NCBI GenBank assembly: GCA_043228905.1
Contig: JBHGNT010001004.1
Coordinates: 1-13,015, forward strand
Length of the DNA: 13,015 nt
Reading direction: 5' to 3'
Source of the DNA: Azolla caroliniana
Lineage: Eukaryota; Plantae; Polypodiophyta
Made by a program: the position numbers and the translations under genes. The first letter of the stretch is position 1, and every line of letters starts with the position of its first letter. Of this stretch, positions 7,309-13,015 are shown piece after piece. A model generated the notes under the pieces. The model had not been told where the DNA came from. It did not search any database and worked only from the letters and a program-made list of their open reading frames with translations.

Positions 7309-10300
7309 TGAATCATGCTTTGTCTTGTAGACCCATTTGCAACCTACAACATTTTTTCCTTTCAGTAACTTTACCAAATCCCATGTTCTATTTTCAGCCA
7401 ATGCATCTATTTCTTCTTGCATTGCATTCACCCATTTCTTCTCAGCTTTTGCTTCATCAAAATTATTTGGGTCAGGGATTTGTACCACTTTAGACATGTA
7501 TGCATAATGCATTGCCATGTATGTATCATAACCAAATCTTTCAACTATTTTTTTCTCTCTATCTAATCTTCTCAGTTTCTAATTTGCATCCTTCATTGCT
7601 TTTTCCATACCAGGTATTTTCAAGGCTCGTATACCCAGCTCATCATCCAATGATGTATCTGAATCTACATCTTCCATCTTTCTAGACCCATCATCAAGCA
7701 TTTCATATTCTGGCATCTTCTGTTTTCCCTTTCTACCATCATATTTTTTGTGTCCTGTATTTTTTCCACTCCATGCATTTGAATCAGATTTACTACCAAA
7801 GTTTTTAGATGGTCCGAAACATGCTATTGATGTTGAACTTTGCTATCCAACATTGTTTCCATCTCTATGGCAATCTATTCCATTTTCAGATTCACCCCTG
7901 TCTTCATTTTCATCGTCTTCATCAGTTTCTAGATTTTGCTTTGGGTTGTACCAACTGCCCAACTCATCAAATATTACATCACGGCTCACTACAATCTTTG
8001 TTGTCAACGGGTTATAGCATCTATACCCTTTTTGCTCCTCTGAATATCCAACAAGGACACATTTTTCAGATTTTGGATCAAGCTTACTTCTTACTTTAGC
8101 AAGTACATGGATATAACCAAGGGATCCAAACACTTTTAAGTGTCCTAAATTAGGTTTCCTTCGATTGAAACATTCTTCAAGAGTTACTTCATGTACTCCA
8201 GATGTTATACATCTATTTAGAATAAAGTTTGTTGTATTTACAACTTTTGTCTAGTAATACAATGACTTTTTTTTTTAGTCATCATGGCTCTTGCTATGTT
8301 CACCAGAGTTCTGTTTTTTCTCTCAACAACTCCATTTTGTTGTGGAGTATATCTACATGTAAATTGTCTCCTTATTCCTTGATAACATAGAAAATCAGAA
8401 AATTCATTTGAGAAATATTCTCCTCCTCCATCAGATCTTAAACACTTTATTATAATCTCGGCTTGCTTTTCTACCATACATTTAAACTTACGAAAGCAAT
8501 CAAATACTTCACTTTTCTCTTTCATGAAGTAAACGCATGTTTTCCTTGAGCAATCATCAATAAAAGTTACATAGAACCTGCAACCACCAATTGATTGATT
8601 TTTTGTTGGTCCCCATACATTTGTATGTACCAAATCCAACCAATTTTGGCTTACATGTCTTTCATGAGGGAAAGACAACCTGTTTTGCTTTCCATACTGG
8701 CACGCTTCACATATTTTGCTCATCTCACAGTCTTTCAACTTAGGTAGTCCAGCCATTGCATTTTTCCTCAACATATTTTTCAAGGTTTGCATACTTATGT
8801 GACCGATTCTTTTATGCCACATCTCCACATCTAAGATTACGTTCATTCCTTCTACAAACATGGTTGTAATATTTTTAGGCATATCTGTTAAGGATCTATG
8901 TATCGATGGAGTAAGCTCCTCGATGTCGTGGCGGGATTCAGACCAGTGTATACCCTCTTGATGGCGAATCGGGCAAAGATGGTTGTCAGGTACCTCCAAG
9001 CCTCACACTCACTTAACGATTAGTAAATGATTGAGCACGATATCTCTCTCACTCTCTCAAGCTCTCTCTCATAGACAATAGGTTAATAGATATAGACAAT
9101 AAGAAGGAAGAGTATGTTTATTAACCCTCTTTGCTAAGAGGTCTAGCACCAACAAGGAGAGAGATTAGTGTTCTCTAACTAAACACCTCACTAATCTCTC
9201 TTAAGCTCAAAGGTTACGAGGAGAGGAAGCTCTAGCTCTAATCAATAGGAGATCTTTACAAATGGGAGAACCCTTACAAAGCCACCACCATGTGGTTTAT
9301 ATAGTATTTACATTTAGGGTATGGACCTTTCACACTCTGATGTCCTTTAACCCTCTTTCCTCTTGTCATTCCCTCTTCATAGGTCCTTTAACCATATTGT
9401 GTCCTTGTTGATGCACTCTTCTTCACGACTGGTCATGGTGTTATCCAAGGGCTTAACAATATCCACATCTAACACAAACATTCTTCCTATATCAAGAAGC
9501 TTTCCCTATTTCTCTATAAAGCACCCACTTTGCTTAAACTTAACTTGCATTCCTTGCTCTACTATCTGTCCAACAGAAATCAGATTTTTAGCAAGGTTTG
9601 GCACATGCATACCATTCAACATATACTTTGTTTTTCCTTTTTCCTCTCACAATGGGATATCTCCAACATGCTCGATTGTATGAGTGGTGTTATCACCTAT
9701 TTGTACATAACCAGGAATCTCTAGTTCTCTTAGACTTTCAAACCAATTTGCATGTCCAGTCATATGATTAGATGCCCCAGAATCTATATACCACATATAC
9801 TCTTCATTGCATCTCTGTGAACATTCAACCATTGCTGTTGTTTCATGTTGCAACACAAATGCACCATCCTTATCACAGTCTTCACTAGTTGAAGCATAAT
9901 TGTTTTGTTGTATGTTCCCTCTTTTTTCATCATTTTGCTTTTTATAGCATTCAACCTGTGTATGGCCTGGTTTTCCACAATACCAAGAGCCATCATCATT
10001 AAAAATAGTTTGCTTACCTTTACCTCGATTGCTCTATCTGCCTCTGATGTTGTTTCTTCCAGTTGTAGCTTGTTGTCCTCTTCCTTGATAATTATTGTTG
10101 GTTCTAGCTTAACCAAATCTTCCATGGCCTCTTCCTCGGCCTCTTCCAGCACTATTGTAGAGGGCTTGCCCCTCAGTCTCAGAGTTTCCTTTGTTTACAT
10201 CATCCATCTGACTTCTTTCTTCCACTACAAGCATTGAAACTAGATTTGGAAAACTTGGGATGCTATCCCTTGTGAGAATAGATGTTTTGAAGCTTTTATA

Positions 10301-10789
10301 TTGAGGTCCTAAGCCTCTTAAGAATATTTTCACCTTAGCATCATCTTCTACCTTCATATTAATAGAATCAAGTGACTCACATATGCTCTTTATTTTCAAA
10401 GCATACTCATTAACTAACATCTTACCTTTTTCCAAGGTATTTAGCTCTGTCTTCAATTGAAGCTTTCTAGCCTTTGTGTTTACTACAAACAGTTTTACCA
10501 AATTGTCCCAAGCTTCTTTTGGAAGCAAAGCATTTTGTATGTGTCCAAGCATCGAATCTGAGATGCTAAGTGACAGCCAATGCAATACTTTCCTTGCCCC
10601 TTGATTCCATTCCTTAAATGCTTTAATCTGTGCAGTAGTTACATTTTCTTCAGGGATCTCTGGAGCCTCTTCTAGGTCTCCTTCAATGTAATCCCAGTAT
10701 CCTTTTCCCATCAGGAAATTTGTCATTCTGAATTTCCACGCATTGTCCAACTTTTCTGTGACTATTTGGCTTCCATTCTCAATAGCCAT
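7309..10789 (-). pseudogene. gag-pol: Copia E gag-pol pseudogene (segments 10789-9459 and 8885-7309)
   Basis: ATG at 10789 (MAIENG). UBN2-type gag; decayed zinc knuckle (S)WYCGKPGHTQVEC at ~9948-9989; protease WYIDSGASNHM; WHKRIGH..CEACQYGK; integrase HTNVWGP, RSDGGGEY, PQQNGVVER; KLDPKSEKC; RT start NRTWDLV..GCKWVYK. Stops present, plus a frameshift at the T10 run 8267-8276. Confidence 0.92.
8886..9458 (-). mobile_element. Solo LTR H (573 bp) inserted in copia E between protease and integrase
   Basis: Perfect 7-bp terminal inverted repeat TGTTAAG...CTTAACA; perfect TSD ATATC (8881-8885 and 9459-9463). Host reads FVLDVD|MPKN when it is removed. TATA on the - strand at 9296-9304. Confidence 0.92.
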
Positions 10790-10907
10790 TCTCTCTTTCA
10801 AATTAGCGCTTTTGCTACGATTAACTTCACAGACAACTCTCTGATTCAAACCAGCAACCAGAACCAAACTTCTCAAATTTGTATTGTTCCTCTTTACGAG
10901 CAACTCT

Positions 10908-10919
10908 GCTCTGATACCA
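10908..10919 (-). other. Primer binding site, tRNA-iMet type (TGGTATCAGAGC)
   Basis: Canonical plant PBS immediately following the LTR's terminal CA on the - strand. Confidence 0.96.
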
Positions 10920-11294
10920 TGTTACGAAGGCGCTCCGGCTCTTCTTTGTGCGCAGCAGATCGTGATGTGTTGGATCGTTTAATGTGCTCAAGACAAAAAA
11001 AGAAGGGGGAAGGAGACTTACCTCTGTAGCAAAACCAAAAGCTTCTATTTCATTATAAGCAGAGAGAACCTCTCTTGTCAGACTTCTTCTTCTCTTACAA
11101 CTACTCTCTTCTACTACTTTTTTACCTAAGTTATAAGTGACTTACATATGCAGCTAATTAGTTGTGAGTAGCTAAATAGTTGTTTTGCCTATATGCCTAA
11201 TAATAACTAATTTCCCAATAGCTACTATAGGAGATCTCACTTACCAATATGCATCATATACTTTTGTTGAGCTTGTTTCTCAACAAGTCCAACA
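10920..11294 (-). repeat. 5' LTR of copia E (375 bp)
   Basis: The - strand reads TGTTGG...CGTAACA followed by the PBS. Gypsy RT codons start right outside at 11295 (flank ATCGA). Confidence 0.9.
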
Positions 11295-11571
11295 ATCGAT
11301 GAGTTCGCAGAGGTCTTCGTTGGAAGGTCTATCTACTCAATTGGCGACTTATACTCCGGGTACGACCAGTTCCAATTAGCCATCGAAAGCATGGACCTCA
11401 CGATGATGCGGACCCCTCTCGGCTTTGTTTGGATGTGTATCCTACCTGAGGGAGGTACCAATTCGGTGGCACACATGCTGAATGCAATGAACAAGGTGTT
11501 GAGGGATTGCATCCTAGACATCACATGCCATTCTTGGACGACATCCCGATGAAGGGATGTCGGAAAGACGT
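11295..11571 (+). pseudogene. Gypsy reverse-transcriptase fragment (element D), probably the same broad lineage as A
   Basis: Manual translation: IDEFAEVFVGRSIYSIGDLYSGYDQFQLA...TPLG...LPEGGTNSVAHM...DIT/(frameshift)MPFLDDIPMKGC. Bounded on both sides by later LTR insertions. Confidence 0.88.
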
Positions 11572-11998
11572 TGTCGCAGTTTTCCACATGTGTGTGTTGG
11601 AAGCGGCGCAGGACCAAGGAGCCGATAACGGAAGAGAGGTTATCCGGATCGTTGTTCGGGTAGCTTTGCTAGGCCGCGGCTCGGAGCTGGTAAGAAGGAG
11701 GAGATTACCCGGATCAGCTTTCGGGTAGCTTCGTCAGGGCGCAGTCCGGTCATGTATCCAATCCCAACCAGTCTCTGGATGCTAGATGGTGAGCACACAG
11801 GCTCAACACGTGTTATCGGTTCCGGAGCTATGACGATCAACGAGCGAAGAGCTCACGGGCTCGCACACTCGGGTATATACCCACGCAAGCGGGAAGAAGC
11901 GGTCATAAGAACACGACAGTGACAGAGAAGACAAAGAATCCGGAAACAACAAATAATCTATTAACCTATACTAAGAGAATTACAACCGGTTTAGTGTT
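11572..11998 (-). repeat. 3' (U5) portion of an A-type gypsy LTR (element I), 5'-truncated
   Basis: The - strand end GGTCCTGCGCCGCTTCCAACACACACATGTGGAAAACTGCGACA resembles the A' end GGTCCTGCCTCGTTCTCCACGCACACGCGTAACAACGCGACA, and it interrupts the RT of D. The upstream boundary is approximate. Confidence 0.65.
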
Positions 11999-12256
11999 TA
12001 GAAGTAAATCCTTCACATCATTGCGCAGACCTTGACGAAATTGGTCCATTAACACCGCCTCGTCCCATGGAATATCACATGCTAGAAGGCGAAAATCTAC
12101 AACATAAGTGGAAGCAGGACGATCTCCTTGTCGTAATTGACGAATTTTGTTTACTGCGGTCCTCATACTATCGATGCCTCCAAAGTTGGCTTCTCTAGGA
12201 GTGGTGCAAACCACGCCAATGTGGTACCCGTAACAAGGTACCAACTAGTCCCACGT
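11999..12256 (-). pseudogene. gag: Gypsy gag (Retrotrans_gag capsid-like) fragment J, chromovirus/Tcn1-like
   Basis: VGLVGTLL/GTTLAWFAPLLEK/ANFGGIDSMRTAVNKIRQLRQGDRPASTYVVDFRLLACDIPWDEAVLMDQFRQGLRNDVKDLLL, with a frameshift and an internal deletion. It carries the major-homology-like LRQG..Y...F motif. The lineage call is by recognition only. Confidence 0.82.
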
Positions 12257-12911
12257 TGTCGTGTTACTACGCTTTTGCGGGTGAAAGAGACGGGAACGCG
12301 GGGGCCCTGAACCAAGGAGTGTGAGAGAGGAGAGAGAGAGCGTTTTGCTGAACACAGTGAAAGAGAGAGAGAGAGAGAGAGAAAACAGAACAATTCGATT
12401 ATAACACCAAAACGATTACAACCGGCACACCGGCAATGGACCCAACACGAGAGTCCACCCACACACACATAGGCGTCACATGCCAAGCACTGAAACACGA
12501 AGGGACAGCCTCTAATGGAAGCGCACGGGTTGTCCACGAAGCAAAGGCAACGATCTCCAAAACCCGCAGAGAATGACAACCGAAGGAGGAGAGAGAGAGC
12601 TCGGTACACGGTCCAGCAGCACTTCGTCCTCGCTAACGCACGATAGTTCTGTTCTTCCTTCTCTTCTTCCTTATATAGGTCGTTGTGGAGAGTCCGTTCT
12701 CCTTCAGTCACAGTCACATTACTTTATTCTCTGTCCCTTCTGACAGAGATACGCATCGATTCCCTAATAAATGTGTCGCACCTAGTATATTTACATCAGC
12801 CGCCCCACACATAATTATGTACAAGTTATCAATTGACATGCCCACACATGGAAGGGCCGGTTCGTGCACGGTTTCTCTCATTTCCTCCTAGGGAAGGTTT
12901 CCTCCACAACA
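12257..12911 (-). repeat. 3' LTR of gypsy C (655 bp)
   Basis: The - strand reads TGTTGTG...CACGACA; TATATAA at 12671-12677; GAGGACGAAGTG shared with LTR A; contains (GA)10 at 12363-12382. Confidence 0.87.
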
Positions 12912-12923
12912 TCCACCCCCACC
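12912..12923 (-). other. PPT of element C (GGTGGGGGTGGA)
   Basis: Abuts the LTR TG on the - strand; 11/12 identical to the PPT of A. Confidence 0.85.
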
Positions 12924-13015
12924 AATCCGCGTGTCCACCGGTACGCGTCAGATACAACACTTGCTAGAGAAAACTAGCCTACTATCACCCGTTGCTACCC
13001 GAATCATCATTCGTT

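Larger units (their letters stand above)
7309..11294 (-). mobile_element. Ty1/copia LTR retrotransposon E, 5' part (5' LTR to start of RT), interrupted by solo LTR H and cut by element B
   Basis: LTR + PBS + gag + protease + integrase + RT start on the - strand; AT-rich. Confidence 0.93.
12257..13015 (-). mobile_element. Gypsy element C, 3' end (3' UTR, PPT, 3' LTR), related to A; continues beyond the window
   Basis: PPT + LTR on the - strand. The 3' UTR resembles that of A (GTTTTCTC...CGCGG.T.GGTGGGGG.GGA). Inserted into gag J. Confidence 0.85.

Noticed and set aside
8267-8276. A10 run (minus strand) as a programmed frameshift site
   Set aside because: It lies mid-integrase in a copia element and a TAG follows in the shifted frame; mutational decay explains it better.
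11572-11918. 347-bp solo LTR (TGTCG...CACGACA)
   Set aside because: The flanks GACGT and GTGAC do not match, the RT of D does not resume after 11918, and LTR-like sequence continues to ~11998.
12163-12717. 184-aa minus-strand ORF
   Set aside because: It is a read-through of LTR C, including its microsatellite, into a few gag codons, and has a non-ATG start.
2067-12911. LTRs A and C as the two ends of one element or as a TIR pair
   Set aside because: They are in opposite orientation, clearly diverged, and each is preceded by its own PPT, so both are 3' LTRs of separate elements.

Overview
This window is eukaryotic (plant) heterochromatin-type DNA made almost entirely of nested, degenerate LTR retrotransposons. 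I see no host gene, RNA gene or CRISPR array. About 11 element pieces can be delimited from TG..CA termini, PPT/PBS motifs, target-site duplications (TSDs) and interrupted reading frames. In order: (A) the 3' end of a GC-rich, chromodomain-less Ty3/gypsy (pol 2-1999, PPT, LTR 2067-2712); (A') the tail of a related LTR (2713-2906); (B) a + strand Ty1/copia (integrase-RT-RNase H, 3' LTR 7051-7308) carrying two solo LTRs, F (3760-4732, with a 54-bp double-hairpin tandem array) and G (6334-6787); (E) a - strand copia of the same lineage (5' LTR 10920-11294, tRNA-iMet PBS, gag-PR-IN-start of RT) carrying solo LTR H (8886-9458); (D) a gypsy RT fragment (11295-11571); (I) a gypsy LTR tail (11572-11998); (J) a gypsy gag fragment (11999-12256); and (C) the 3' LTR and PPT of an A-related gypsy on the - strand (12257-13015). 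The inferred nesting is D>E>B>A'>A. The families resemble those of non-seed plants such as ferns (inference only). The most notable signals are a possible ACGT/CpG target-site preference of the A-type gypsy family, near-identical target sites for two different solo LTRs, and the structured 54-bp repeat array.
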